In this document: in pieces, positions 1 through 10,256 of the stretch
Numbering within the stretch: position 1 is the first letter of the stretch
How the letters are laid out: each line of letters starts with the position of its first letter
Origin: Escherichia phage FriedrichZschokke
Sequence record: MZ501067
Direction: 5' to 3' (one strand)
DNA length: 64,000 bases
The notes under the pieces: model-generated
What the model saw: the letters and a program-made list of their open reading frames with translations, nothing else
Told to the model about the DNA's origin: nothing
Database searches by the model: none
Translations under genes and position numbers: made by a program

Positions 1-482
1 AATCCTTTAAGTTCTTTTAATACTAAAGGTAGTTTTCCATTTTTAGTAAGAATTGATTTATAGTTAATTGCATCATTTGTATTAACTTGATACCGCTTAG
101 CAAGTAACTTAATAATCAATACTTCGGTGGAATCTTCAACTAGTTTTGCCCATTTACCATATCTTTTACCACGAGGAACTGCAGCCATTAGATAATTAAA
201 ATGAGCTTCATCACTTAAGCCTGATCCAATTAAATTCATAGCATATACAGCTGGCATGCACTCTGGAAATTGTGATAATGCATTTTCAACCATGAATTTT
301 GAATAATCTTTTTGAGCAATAGAGCATTTAGTTTTATTATTAATAGCTCCAATTATTTCAAAAAATTCATTTTCAGCTTTTTCTTTAAAAGTATCAGCAG
401 CAGATTGGACAGCTGTCCAATCTTTAGAATACCAAGCAACTTGATGCTCGTTTAATTGAATATCATCTTCAAATAAGCTCAT
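1..482 (-). CDS. 62: Clamp loader small subunit gp62, partial (N-terminal ~160 aa; 3' end lies beyond window start)
   Basis: Manual minus-strand translation from ATG at 482 gives [22 protein letters not shown]..., matching T4 gp62; TGA of gene 44 sits 1 nt upstream of this ATG. Confidence 0.85.
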   Translation of the reverse strand, partial: MSLFEDDIQLNEHQVAWYSKDWTAVQSAADTFKEKAENEFFEIIGAINNKTKCSIAQKDYSKFMVENALSQFPECMPAVYAMNLIGSGLSDEAHFNYLMAAVPRGKRYGKWAKLVEDSTEVLIIKLLAKRYQVNTNDAINYKSILTKNGKLPLVLKELKG

Positions 483-483
483 A

Positions 484-1443
484 TCACTTCCACTGCATTT
501 CGCATGCTAATTGAATGAAAAGATAAGCTAAATGCAATTCAGTATTAGCTGCAATACCATGATACTGATTATTTTCGCCGACAATTTCGTACATACGAAT
601 AATACTCTGTGGTGTTACACGTGAATAGATTTCTTCGGCAAGTTTACCCACGAACCACGAATAATCGGCTGCATATTTTGGTGCTAAAGCTCTGAGTTGT
701 TTAACATCTTTATTTTTGAGAGACTCAAGAACATCATCAATAGCACCACGATCGTTAGTAACCAGTGATAAAATACCAGCATCCAAAACACCTTTAGATG
801 AATAGCTATCGAGCTCGCCAATAGTTTTACGAAAATCAGGAAAATTCTTTTTAACCAAAGCTGCTACAACTTTCATATCAGCTATAGCAATACCTTCATG
901 TTTACAGATTTCAGTCAATCGACGAATCATCTGCTTCATCATTTCAATTTTATCTTCATCGGTCGGTTGACCGAACGTAATAACTCGGCAGCGTGACTGA
1001 AGTGGTTTAATAATACCATCAATATTGTTAGCAGTAATAATAATACTACAGTTTGAACTATAAGCTTCCATAAAGGAACGAAGATGTCGCTGAGATTCTG
1101 CTAAACCTGAGCGGTCAAATTCATCAATAACGATTACTTTTTGACGACCATCAAATGAAGCTGCACTCGCAAAATTAGTTAAAGGACCACGAACGAAATC
1201 AATTTTACAGTCTGATCCATTTACAAACATCATATCAGCATTTACATCATGACACAATGCTTTTGCTACAGTTGTTTTACCTGTTCCTGGAGAAGGAGAA
1301 TGAAGAATAATATGTGGAATCTTACCTTTACTTGTAATAGATTTAAAGGTTTCTTTATCAAAGGCGGGAAGAATACATTCATCGATAGTAGATGGACGAT
1401 ATTTCTGTTCAAGAATGTGTTCTTTTTCATTTACGGTAATCAT
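484..1443 (-). CDS. 44: Clamp loader ATPase subunit gp44
   Basis: ORF track 484..1458; protein from [17 protein letters not shown] with Walker A GTGKTT matches T4 gp44; start placed at internal ATG (MITV). Confidence 0.93.
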
Positions 1444-1477
1444 AATTTCCTCATTCAAGTTTTAGTGTAAATTATAA

Positions 1478-1491
1478 AGGGCCGAAGCCCT
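1478..1491 (-). other. Intercistronic C(UUCG)G tetraloop hairpin between genes 45 and 44 (minus-strand RNA GGGCUUCGGCCC)
   Basis: Plus-strand AGGGCCGAAGCCCT, inverted repeat with 4-nt loop, directly after gene 45 stop. Confidence 0.6.
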
Positions 1492-1494
1492 CTA

Positions 1495-2181
1495 TTAAAA
1501 ATCGTGGGTAGAATCAGCTTCAAGAGCTACTACATAATTCGCATGTTCACCTTCAAATTTAGCAGCACCTTGTTTACCTTTTGCCCAGAGCAGAAGTTTA
1601 TAATTTCCTGGTTGCATTTTCATATTTGCCATATTGATAATGAAATTAAATGTATTTTCACCATCATAATCACCAAGAGTCAAAGAATATTTAACACGGG
1701 TCAGAGCAGAATCTTCTACTTTATTAAAACCGTTAATTACGATTTTACCTTCTTTTACCGTGATAGCAATTGTATCAATTTGCAGACCACGAGATACACG
1801 CAACAGTTGTTGAAGGTCTTCAGCTTTAATTTCAGTAACAACAGATGCTACCGGGAATGGAATTGGTTTATTAGGAGCAACTACTGTACTCGGATCGGCT
1901 GCTGGCCAAAAAATTGTTGAACGGGCATCAGCAATTTTAATATTTCCATCTTCTGACTGGGAAATTTCTGCATCATCATTAACTAGAGACAGAATACCGA
2001 GAAAACCGTTCAAATCGTAAATTGCTACATCAAAATCAATAACGTCAGAAATATTTGCTTCCGCATAAGTTGTACCATTAACTGCGCGAGTCATAATAAA
2101 TTGACCGGATTTAAGCATAATACCGGAGTTAATAGTAGCGAAATTTTTAAGCAGAGCAGTAGTATCTTTAGACAGTTTCAT
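1495..2181 (-). CDS. 45: Sliding clamp gp45
   Basis: 228 aa ORF MKLSKDTTALLKNFATINSGIMLKSGQF... matches T4 gp45 in length and sequence. Confidence 0.95.
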   Translation of the reverse strand: MKLSKDTTALLKNFATINSGIMLKSGQFIMTRAVNGTTYAEANISDVIDFDVAIYDLNGFLGILSLVNDDAEISQSEDGNIKIADARSTIFWPAADPSTVVAPNKPIPFPVASVVTEIKAEDLQQLLRVSRGLQIDTIAITVKEGKIVINGFNKVEDSALTRVKYSLTLGDYDGENTFNFIINMANMKMQPGNYKLLLWAKGKQGAAKFEGEHANYVVALEADSTHDF

Positions 2182-2236
2182 GTAATTTCCTTCAATTCAA
2201 ATGAGATTTAATTTTATAACTAATTTAATAAAGCAA

Positions 2237-2626
2237 TTAACGATTAAAATCAGCCGCAATTGTTTCCGCAACAATTTGAGCAGCAACAATTAGACGTTCA
2301 TCTGCATTACCACAATAATCATCTTCAAGGCGTTCACCACATGAAGTCATAATAAATTTAGCACCGGCGTTTAGGGATTCTGTAGTATGTTTGCGCATTA
2401 GTTCAATCCATTTATTACTTACTTCACGATCGATAGCTTCATAATACGCATGACGAGCAGGTGCAGATTTAATTTTGTTCTGAATAACTTCCATTGCGTT
2501 ATCAGAAAGAGACAAAACCCATGCTCGACGAATTTTATTTTGGTTTTGTGGATTTGATTCAGAACGCACGTGTTTTGGCTGAATATCTTTTACGTCAACA
2601 GTATAATTCACAGTAATTTTAGTCAT
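2237..2626 (-). CDS. rpbA: RNA polymerase-binding protein RpbA
   Basis: 129 aa ORF at the T4 rpbA position between 45 and 46; size matches. Confidence 0.75.
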
Positions 2627-2635
2627 AATACACCT

Positions 2636-2824
2636 TTAGTCATAATAATCAGTAACAGTCCAAGCTTCATTTCTATTGGACATTATTTTTGTATATTCTG
2701 CTTTAAATGCATTCCTAAGCATAGATTCAGTAACTATATGCTCTTCATTAGAAAAATTATTTCTCAGAATATATCGTTTTATTTCAGGAAAAGTTAATAA
2801 ATGCTGTCCAGTTGAATATTCCAT
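2636..2824 (-). CDS. Hypothetical protein (T4 45.2 position)
   Basis: 62 aa ORF, synteny with T4 45.2. Confidence 0.55.
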   Translation of the reverse strand: MEYSTGQHLLTFPEIKRYILRNNFSNEEHIVTESMLRNAFKAEYTKIMSNRNEAWTVTDYYD

Positions 2825-2879
2825 GTTTTTCCTCCATAGAGATTATACTCTAATAAATTAAAGCATAATCTCTTATAAA

Positions 2880-4562
2880 TTAAACCATTACAGTAAATCG
2901 ACCAACTTTCTTCATTTGAAGATGCTGACCATATTCTTGTGGGTCATGGTCTTTATGCGAAATTATAAAAACATTAGTATTTTTCATTGAATTTATAATA
3001 TTCGCTACACCTTTAATACCTTCGGCATCAAATGACCCATCAAACACTTCATCGAGTATTAATGTACTAATACTAACACCAGATACAATAGAAGCAATAT
3101 CACGCCAAGTAAATAAAAGAGCAATATCAATTCTTGCCTTTTCACCTTCACTAAATGAAGCATAACTAAAATCTTCACGACCACGGGATTTAATTGTCTC
3201 ATTAAATTCTTCATCTAATGTAAACACATAATCCGCTTCCATTATTTTAAGATAGTGGTTAATCTGCTTATTAAATAATGGAATGTACTTTTTAATAATA
3301 GCACCTTTAATACCAGAATCTTTGAGCATATCAGTCAAAATTCCTCGGTGGTATTTTTCCATTACTAAATTAGTTTTTGTCTTAACAATTTTATCAAGTT
3401 CTTCTTGAAGCAGTGCTATTTCATCAGCATGGTCAATAAACTCAGAAGATGCTTTTTCTATAGCTGCTTTAACTTTTTTAGCTTTATCTACTGTCGTGAT
3501 TAGAGATTGCTTTTTATTGCGAATATCATTTGCCAACGACTGCTGGGTTTTAATATTATCTCGGTATTCATCAACAAGAACTTTTAAATTATCACGGTGT
3601 GTTGAAAGCTGTTCAAACGAATGCGTGCATTCAGAAACTTTATCTTTAATTTTAGAAACAACTTTATCACCGGAACTCAATTGTGACAAACAGGTTGGAC
3701 ATAATCCACCTTCGTGATACATATTAATGACTTTATTATACGAGTCAATTTTTGATTTAATTAAAACTGCTTCTTGACCGATTTTATTAAATGCATCAGT
3801 CGGGTCTTCGTCTAAAACAATATTAACTAATCTTTCATTAGCTTCTTCTATTTCCGATTTTAGCGTTCTAGCTTCTTTTGCCAAATCATCATACATATTT
3901 TGCAGACGAGTAAGATTGTCACCCGTTAATTTTTTCTGGCGTTCAACGTTATCATTATATATTTTAATTTGTTGGATAATACTATCTTTTTTAACATCAA
4001 GCACTTGGTTTTGTGAATTTAATTCACGTATTAGTGCTTTATTAAGCTTATCCATTTCAGCTAATGTTCCTACCTCAAGCAGGTCTTCCACAAGCTTTCT
4101 TCGTGCAGGGGTCGACAAACCCATGAAAGGGGTATACCCTGCTGTACCAAGGACAACAATCTGCTTGAAACTGGCATATGACATTCCGATAAGCTGTTCA
4201 AATTCTGCTTGGAAATCTTTACTGCTGGCAGATTCATTAAGACGTGTACCGTTAACGGTGATTTCGAAAACGTTTGGTTTTTGTCCTCTTTTGATATAGT
4301 ACTTTTTCTCATCATATTCCATCCACAGTTCAACTAAAAGTTCTTTCTTATTTGTGCTGTTTATTAATTGACCTTTCTTTACATCACGAAATGGTTTGCC
4401 AAAAAGCCCAAATGTGATGGCTTCTAACATAGTAGACTTACCACCGCCATTTCGTCCAGTAATAAGAGTTTTTTGAACCTTATCTAATTGAATGTCAATA
4501 GGATTTCCACCTACTGACATTATATTTTGATACCTAACTCGGTTTAATTTAAAATTCTTCAC
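2880..4562 (-). CDS. 46: Recombination endonuclease subunit gp46 (Rad50/SbcC-like ATPase)
   Basis: 560 aa ORF, Walker A GRNGGGKST near N-terminus, long coiled coil, C-terminal signature region; same length as T4 gp46. Confidence 0.93.
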   Translation of the reverse strand: MKNFKLNRVRYQNIMSVGGNPIDIQLDKVQKTLITGRNGGGKSTMLEAITFGLFGKPFRDVKKGQLINSTNKKELLVELWMEYDEKKYYIKRGQKPNVFEITVNGTRLNESASSKDFQAEFEQLIGMSYASFKQIVVLGTAGYTPFMGLSTPARRKLVEDLLEVGTLAEMDKLNKALIRELNSQNQVLDVKKDSIIQQIKIYNDNVERQKKLTGDNLTRLQNMYDDLAKEARTLKSEIEEANERLVNIVLDEDPTDAFNKIGQEAVLIKSKIDSYNKVINMYHEGGLCPTCLSQLSSGDKVVSKIKDKVSECTHSFEQLSTHRDNLKVLVDEYRDNIKTQQSLANDIRNKKQSLITTVDKAKKVKAAIEKASSEFIDHADEIALLQEELDKIVKTKTNLVMEKYHRGILTDMLKDSGIKGAIIKKYIPLFNKQINHYLKIMEADYVFTLDEEFNETIKSRGREDFSYASFSEGEKARIDIALLFTWRDIASIVSGVSISTLILDEVFDGSFDAEGIKGVANIINSMKNTNVFIISHKDHDPQEYGQHLQMKKVGRFTVMV

Positions 4563-4822
4563 AAAAGATTCCTTTTAATGTATCTTTTAGACCATTCTAT
4601 CATATCATCATAATCTAAAAAGTATTCATCAAATTCAGCCATGCAAACAACACCTTGTGCTGCTTTTGATGTGATATAAATTATTCCAACATATCTAGAA
4701 TCTTCTTCGGTATAATCAATATTTGCTATGAATTCATCATTAATGTCAAATGTCGAAAACTTCACAGTATGCATCCTTAATACAAGATACAGCCATATCT
4801 TGTAATGATTTAGGTGTGTCAT
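4559..4822 (-). CDS. Hypothetical protein (T4 46.1 position); start uncertain, may be internal Met
   Basis: 87 aa ORF; overlaps upstream ORF by 77 nt if the first start is used. Confidence 0.45.
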   Translation of the reverse strand: MTHLNHYKIWLYLVLRMHTVKFSTFDINDEFIANIDYTEEDSRYVGIIYITSKAAQGVVCMAEFDEYFLDYDDMIEWSKRYIKRNLL

Positions 4823-5009
4823 TATCTAAAATGTTGAAGTTAAAAGATACAGCCCAGTCAGTGCAGACTGTAACCTTTTTAATACAATTATCTTCAACCT
4901 CTAACGGTTCAAACCAATATTCAATAATTTCTTTATGCCCAATATCATCTTTTACTTCGCATTCAAAATGCTGACTCATCATAACATTTTTAAATTCATC
5001 AAAAGTCAT
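4746..5009 (-). CDS. Hypothetical protein (T4 46.2 position)
   Basis: 87 aa ORF between genes 47 and 46. Confidence 0.5.
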   Translation of the reverse strand: MTFDEFKNVMMSQHFECEVKDDIGHKEIIEYWFEPLEVEDNCIKKVTVCTDWAVSFNFNILDNDTPKSLQDMAVSCIKDAYCEVFDI

Positions 5010-6025
5010 TGTGTTGCCTCTACATATAGCTGGTTTGCATATTGAATAAGTGCTTCACGGTCAGAATCAGTGATGTCTGGAATTGCATTAATGTATTCTT
5101 CCATCAACGTCTGAAGAGATTGAACTTCAACTTCTTCACTGTCATCTGACTCGACAGAGTTATCAATTTTTGACACAACTCGTAATGAATGCACAACTTT
5201 TTCTAGTTCAGATTCGAACTTCGTTAGATTTTTGTCTACTTCAGTTACTATAACACGTACTGATAGATTTGTAAAATCTTTATAGTCAATTTTTCCTTTA
5301 AATGGATAATGAATTCTACGATGCCAAGTAGTGTTGTTTGGAATAAATTCCATTCGTTCTGTTTCTGTATCAAACATCCAGAACCCGCGAGGGTCATTCT
5401 CGTCACCTGCAGTTAGTGTCCATGGTGTCCCAATATATCTGACGTTAGCAGCCTCAGAGATAGTATGGAAGTGACCAGACCACACTTCTTTATAAGTCTT
5501 AAGGAAATCAGGTTCAAGACCATGAGATTTCATTCCTTTATAAAAATAAAATCCGTTCAGTTCCCAGTGACCAACGCAAAAAGAAGCAGATGAAGTTTTG
5601 ATGTGTTCAAGAATTTCACCAGTATTTTCTTCACACATCCAAGGAATTAAATCAATTAAACATCCGTCAAAATCTACTGTAGTAGGCTTATCATACACTT
5701 TAACATTAGGATATTTAGCCAAAAGCTCAGTAGAGGCATTTGGAGTTAAAGTATTTTTAAAGTGCATATCATGGTTTCCTACAACAGTATGTAGGGTAAT
5801 ACCAGCATCATCAAGCATTTGAACTATTTCACGAGCAAACTCCATAGTTTTATGCGTGATTGCTTTTCGCACATCAAAAATATCGCCGTATTGAATCCAG
5901 GTAGTAATTCCATTTTTCTTAGAATATTCTATTGCTTGTTTAATTCCATCCAACTGAATGGATTGAACCCACTCATCATCGGCTTTAACACCTAAATGCC
6001 AATCACCTAAATTTAAAATTTTCAT
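5006..6025 (-). CDS. 47: Recombination nuclease subunit gp47 (Mre11/SbcD-like phosphoesterase)
   Basis: 339 aa ORF with metallophosphoesterase motifs (GDWHLG, GNHD); same length as T4 gp47. Confidence 0.93.
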   Translation of the reverse strand: MKILNLGDWHLGVKADDEWVQSIQLDGIKQAIEYSKKNGITTWIQYGDIFDVRKAITHKTMEFAREIVQMLDDAGITLHTVVGNHDMHFKNTLTPNASTELLAKYPNVKVYDKPTTVDFDGCLIDLIPWMCEENTGEILEHIKTSSASFCVGHWELNGFYFYKGMKSHGLEPDFLKTYKEVWSGHFHTISEAANVRYIGTPWTLTAGDENDPRGFWMFDTETERMEFIPNNTTWHRRIHYPFKGKIDYKDFTNLSVRVIVTEVDKNLTKFESELEKVVHSLRVVSKIDNSVESDDSEEVEVQSLQTLMEEYINAIPDITDSDREALIQYANQLYVEATQ

Positions 6026-6162
6026 ATATCAAGAACCGTCATTGAAATGCAAAATAAAATTATTGAAATAAACCCATCTGGTGTGCTAAAGAACCCAATC
6101 CAACATGCTCTAGTGAATAGATAAAATGCGAGAAAAAGTATCACATATCCAAGAAATATCAT
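6022..6162 (-). CDS. Small hydrophobic protein, 46 aa (T4 47.1 position)
   Basis: Manual translation MIFLGYVILFLAFYLFTRACWIGFF...; GGAG Shine-Dalgarno upstream; stop overlaps gene 47 start (ATATGA); below the ORF-track size cut-off. Confidence 0.55.
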   Translation of the reverse strand: MIFLGYVILFLAFYLFTRACWIGFFSTPDGFISIILFCISMTVLDI

Positions 6163-6185
6163 TATATCAAACTCCGTATAAAGCT

Positions 6186-6203
6186 AAAGGGCCGAAGCCC
6201 TTT
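6186..6203 (-). terminator. C(UUCG)G hairpin / probable terminator after a-gt
   Basis: AAAGGGCCGAAGCCCTTT inverted repeat abutting the a-gt stop, followed on the minus strand by a U-rich tract. Confidence 0.55.
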
Positions 6204-7404
6204 ATTTTGTAATAATGTCAAACTGTTCTTTAAAGCAGAAGCTTGAATCTTGATGTTGATACAAAAATTCATACGCTTTTTCTCGCTCACGGTCATAAAG
6301 AGCTCGGTCAGATGACAGTTCTTTAATACGCTCGAATGTTGATTCCATATCATTTTCATCAAACCAAATGATACCGCTATCATGCGAGGTCAAAGGAGTA
6401 TTATCAACACGGAATTTTAAATTTTCGCCAGTAGATTTCCAAAATACCGGAATTGTTCCACATGCACCAAGCTCAAGATGAGTATATTCTAAAGAGCGCT
6501 GTAGATATTTTTTATCCAACTTACTCAACTGATAACCAAAACCGGATTTACTCATACGTTCAAGCATTTCGCTATTTACATAACGGTCAAGAATTTGCGT
6601 TGGCAAATTAGGAGCAATTTTAATTTGGTCTACTTGATGAAGACGATAATACTCGTATGGAATTCCTTTTTCTTTAATAGGAATGAACGCTGGAGAACGT
6701 TCCAGACCTTCCATAATAGTACTTAGTCCTGCAGGTTTAAGATGTTTTTCATGAAAATCAAACATCTGATAAAAACCTTTCCATGTAGTCGTACGACCAA
6801 TCCAACGGTTGATATTCATGTTAATTTCAGAAACATCTTTCCAGTAGGTTGACCGAACCTTCGCAATATCCATAGGAGGCTGAAAGTTATATACTGTCGG
6901 TGCTTCTTCAATATCATCAAACAGAGAAACTGTTTCAGGATACCATTCTTTCATCAGAACTTTATTAAAATCACCATTATCAGAATGGCTAAAAATAACA
7001 TCAGCTCGACGAACAGTTTCTTCTAATCCCAAATTTCGGCGCAAAGAAAGAGAAGAATGGTCATGTTGATAAACTACAACACGAACAGAAGGTTTAATGT
7101 TATCAATAATTTTTTTATAGTTATTAATAGTGTCTTCTTCAACCGAAGTAGCAGGAACTGAATTGATAATTAGAATATCACAATCATTTACCAGCTTAAG
7201 TGTTTTATCATATTCTTTTGCCAATAAAACCGGAATTGAAAATGATTTATAATCATGCGCGCAATTACGAGTAAATGATTTATCTTTAGCATAAACCAAA
7301 GTTACTTCATGACCATTTTTAATAAACCAATCACGTTGCTCGAGTGAGAATTTTGTTACACCACAACCTTCAAGACCTCGAGCCATAAAAATACATACTT
7401 TCAT
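6202..7404 (-). CDS. agt: DNA alpha-glucosyltransferase (glucosylates hydroxymethylcytosine)
   Basis: 400 aa ORF MKVCIFMARGLEGCGVTKFSLEQRDWF...; length and N-terminus match T4 alpha-gt. Confidence 0.9.
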   Translation of the reverse strand: MKVCIFMARGLEGCGVTKFSLEQRDWFIKNGHEVTLVYAKDKSFTRNCAHDYKSFSIPVLLAKEYDKTLKLVNDCDILIINSVPATSVEEDTINNYKKIIDNIKPSVRVVVYQHDHSSLSLRRNLGLEETVRRADVIFSHSDNGDFNKVLMKEWYPETVSLFDDIEEAPTVYNFQPPMDIAKVRSTYWKDVSEINMNINRWIGRTTTWKGFYQMFDFHEKHLKPAGLSTIMEGLERSPAFIPIKEKGIPYEYYRLHQVDQIKIAPNLPTQILDRYVNSEMLERMSKSGFGYQLSKLDKKYLQRSLEYTHLELGACGTIPVFWKSTGENLKFRVDNTPLTSHDSGIIWFDENDMESTFERIKELSSDRALYDREREKAYEFLYQHQDSSFCFKEQFDIITK

Positions 7405-7455
7405 TTAATATCCTCTTTGTTTTGGTTTATTTTACCAAAAATTTATAAAGCAATA

Positions 7456-7474
7456 TAGGAGCCGAAGCTCCTAT
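7456..7474 (-). terminator. UUCG-tetraloop hairpin, possible terminator
   Basis: TAGGAGCCGAAGCTCCTA inverted repeat with 4-nt loop in the intergenic region upstream of a-gt. Confidence 0.4.
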
Positions 7475-7558
7475 CCACATAATACGCCATACAGAGGCTC
7501 ATTAGAACTTTTAAATTTTATGCGCTTATATTTTATAGTTCCTTCTGCTTTAGCTTTA

Positions 7559-7586
7559 TCATGAGACTCTTTAAAGAGTCTCATGA
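7559..7586. repeat. Perfect 28-bp palindrome TCATGAGACTCTT-TA-AAGAGTCTCATGA
   Basis: 13-bp arms are exact reverse complements with a 2-bp centre; intergenic. Confidence 0.8.
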
Positions 7587-7647
7587 TTTCCTCTTTAGAG
7601 GAACGAATTTTATTATAATCTATTTCAGAAGTCTGGGTGTTCATCTT

Positions 7648-7854
7648 TCATAACTGCCACCATTTTTTGACTTGATAAGAATCAACCCACACTTTCATAT
7701 TAGGGTCTGCTCTTACAATAGGAGGATTAACTTCTTTAATTGAACTATCATGGTATTCTTTTTCAGAAATTTTCACACAAAGATGACCATTCAAAGATTC
7801 AGTAAATCCTGCATTAATTTTAAGACGCTTGAATTTTACGTGTGTAAGCATCAA
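7648..7854 (-). CDS. Hypothetical protein
   Basis: 68 aa ORF in the a-gt to 55 intergenic gene set. Confidence 0.4.
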   Translation of the reverse strand: MMLTHVKFKRLKINAGFTESLNGHLCVKISEKEYHDSSIKEVNPPIVRADPNMKVWVDSYQVKKWWQL

Positions 7855-8137
7855 TCATATCCTCAATTTGCGATCTAGTAGTCTTCCAAAGAATACTGAT
7901 GAGTTCATCGTTATATGGCTGTTTTAGAATATCCCGACTTTTCTTGATAGCATATTCGTATTGAGCAAAATTATTGTTTTCAGCTGCAATCTGAGCGTGC
8001 TTATAAAGACGATTCAGTTCGCGTTTGTTTTTAGACAATAACTTATTTGCTTTTCTTTCTGCTTCAAGACGGTTCTTTTCTTCAATAGAAGAAATAAGCT
8101 TTTCCACTTCATCATTAATTTCGGGTTTATCAGTCAT
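7820..8137 (-). CDS. Hypothetical protein, predicted alpha-helical
   Basis: 105 aa ORF. Confidence 0.5.
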   Translation of the reverse strand: MTDKPEINDEVEKLISSIEEKNRLEAERKANKLLSKNKRELNRLYKHAQIAAENNNFAQYEYAIKKSRDILKQPYNDELISILWKTTRSQIEDMIDAYTRKIQAS

Positions 8138-8138
8138 A

Positions 8139-8357
8139 TTATTTCTCTAATATAAAATAAAAATCATCATCTGTTAAATGATACCTGTAATTTAATTCTA
8201 CACCATTAGATTTAAAAGCGGTATCATACGGATTTTCTGGATCAATATCAATGTCAAGAGCTAAAACTTCCCTGAGATACATTTTAAGTAAATAGGGAAT
8301 AGCTTCAACTTCAGGTATTTCTTCCAAGAATCCGGAGAGGTTAATCGTTAGCCTCAT
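8139..8357 (-). CDS. Hypothetical protein
   Basis: 72 aa ORF immediately downstream of gene 55. Confidence 0.5.
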
Positions 8358-8898
8358 ATAAAAAATCCAAACTAGGAGAATCGTCTACAACACTTTTCTT
8401 TTCAGCCCCCGGTGTTCTATAGGTTGATTCTTCGTAATGCGTCATTTTATCATAGATGTCTTGAATAAAAGTTTCATCTACTAACGCAACCATATCGTCG
8501 TCACGGCTGTCATAGACATTGTGAACGAAGTAACTATATTTCTTTGCAACTTCCTTACGTTCTTTTTTAATACGCTGGACGAATGCATTAAAACAAGCTT
8601 GAGTTATATACGCATGTGGGTTTTTATATTTCGTTTCATCAAAATTGTGAAGCCCCTTAATAGAAGCTTCTATACCATCTGCAATCATTTCTTGTTTCCA
8701 AGACTGGGTGTATCCTGAAAAGTTGAAACGTTTAGATAAGCCTTCTGCAATAAGCATAATGGCTAATCCGATAGTATCATTCTGACGAACTACTTTATTT
8801 GGGTCTTTATTATTTGCTAATTCTGTTTTCCAATCAATAATAGCTTGTAAAAGCTCTTTATTGTTTACGTAATTATATTTAGGCTTAGTTTCTGACAT
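8341..8898 (-). CDS. 55: Late-transcription sigma factor gp55
   Basis: Protein from [23 protein letters not shown]... matches T4 gp55; start set at the internal ATG of ORF 8341..8904. Confidence 0.93.
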
Positions 8899-8976
8899 TT
8901 TCACCTCTTAGCTCAATTCATAGATCTATTATATCATAATATTTGAAGATCTATCTTAAAGCATAGAGGATATCAG

Positions 8977-9246
8977 TTATCTAAGTAAACAGTATGCTTG
9001 GAATACTTTTTCCATCATCTTTTTAAATTCATGAATATCTATATAATGACTAGTTAGATCAGCATGATATAAAAAGTCTAAAAACTTTTCATGTGTACTA
9101 ACATATTCACTTTCATTTAATTCAGAAACATGGCTTTCCCAATATCCAACACCAGTCTTATTTGGGAAAAATGAAATTTTCATGTATTGGTCAACATAGA
9201 AAATGCCATAATTTTCAATAGTAATAGAAATATTAATAAATTTCAT
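8977..9246 (-). CDS. Hypothetical protein
   Basis: 89 aa ORF. Confidence 0.45.
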   Translation of the reverse strand: MKFINISITIENYGIFYVDQYMKISFFPNKTGVGYWESHVSELNESEYVSTHEKFLDFLYHADLTSHYIDIHEFKKMMEKVFQAYCLLR

Positions 9247-9458
9247 ACATTCATCAACTTAGCCGCTTCAAGAGCTGCATCTAGTGAATCAAATTGGTCA
9301 ACGTATTCAATCAATTCGCCATAATTGGCATATAACCACCATTGGCTAAATTCATACTCAAGGATGAATCCGTTTCCTTCAATTTGAGTTAAACCAATGC
9401 CATTTGTATTTACTTCATATCCAGCAAGACGCAAATCGTTAATAAGAGCTTCGTTCAT
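9243..9458 (-). CDS. Hypothetical protein
   Basis: 71 aa ORF, coupled to neighbours by overlapping stop/start. Confidence 0.45.
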   Translation of the reverse strand: MNEALINDLRLAGYEVNTNGIGLTQIEGNGFILEYEFSQWWLYANYGELIEYVDQFDSLDAALEAAKLMNV

Positions 9459-9460
9459 AA

Positions 9461-9787
9461 TTATACCTTAGTAATTTTCAGGTCTGCAAATTTTTTCTTG
9501 CGTTGATTTTTCATGCGACGAATAGTTTTATCGGAAATTTCATGCTTTTGATAAGCTTTAGATTCTACACCAAAAGCTTTAACATCAAATTCTGACAAGA
9601 TATATTGAACCAACAATTCACGGACAGTATTGCGTCCAATCTTCTGATCATTCTGTTTCATCGTCTGATGAAGCTCTTTTTCCCATTTATCCAAACTTTG
9701 AGGAGTTACAATATCGCCTTTTTCTAGCAAAGAAACTACTTTATCATATGCGTAAGAATTGATGGCGTTTTTAATTTGAATAGTCAT
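9461..9787 (-). CDS. Hypothetical protein
   Basis: 108 aa ORF. Confidence 0.5.
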   Translation of the reverse strand: MTIQIKNAINSYAYDKVVSLLEKGDIVTPQSLDKWEKELHQTMKQNDQKIGRNTVRELLVQYILSEFDVKAFGVESKAYQKHEISDKTIRRMKNQRKKKFADLKITKV

Positions 9788-9825
9788 ACATTATCCTCAA
9801 TTGCGTTAAAATTTTATTATCCAAA

Positions 9826-9841
9826 AAGGGCCGAAGCCCTT
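9826..9841 (-). terminator. Rho-independent terminator with UUCG tetraloop
   Basis: AAGGGCCGAAGCCCTT followed on the minus strand by UUUUU. Confidence 0.6.
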
Positions 9842-10040
9842 AGCTAAACTTTTTGGCACCCTTCCAGCCTTCATACATCATTGCGGCTGATATTAATATT
9901 GCTCCTGAACAACTTGAATATTTGTGATTCCAAAACCAGTTTAGAAAAACTTCGTCATCAATACCTTGTGCTATCATATTTTCAAAGAACTGACGACGAG
10001 CTTCGGCAATTCGCTGCGATAATTTAGATTCAGGATTCAT
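9840..10040 (-). CDS. Hypothetical protein
   Basis: 66 aa ORF. Confidence 0.45.
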   Translation of the reverse strand: MNPESKLSQRIAEARRQFFENMIAQGIDDEVFLNWFWNHKYSSCSGAILISAAMMYEGWKGAKKFS

Positions 10041-10256
10041 TTAAATTTTCCAATTACCGTTTTCATCAATGAATTTAATCCAGTCATTTACTGACCACTT
10101 AGTTGTATCGCCTTTTGGAGTAACATTTAAAGTATATAGCCCTTGCTTAAAAAGCATTCGTTTGATATTCATATTTTCCTCAGCTGTAACGATAACACTC
10201 GTTTGATTTACGTTTAGCAACTCGTTGAGAAGTATTATAATCAAAATCATCGTCAA
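10041..10256 (-). CDS. Hypothetical protein (true start may be internal Met near 10175)
   Basis: 71 aa ORF. Confidence 0.4.
   Translation of the reverse strand: MTMILIIILLNELLNVNQTSVIVTAEENMNIKRMLFKQGLYTLNVTPKGDTTKWSVNDWIKFIDENGNWKI

Noticed and set aside
1249-1470. Plus-strand ORFs embedded antisense within minus-strand genes 44, 45, 46, 47, nrdD and others (for example 1249..1470, 1504..1920, 3916..4299, 5598..5822, 12217..12441, 13504..13722)
   Set aside because: They lie antisense inside well-supported genes, have low-complexity or hydrophobic junk composition and no ribosome binding sites; typical AT-rich antisense artefacts.
6162-6383. Minus-strand ORF of 73 aa overlapping the 3' end of a-gt
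   Set aside because: Out-of-frame overlap with the a-gt coding sequence; the real small gene here is the 46 aa ORF at 6022..6162.
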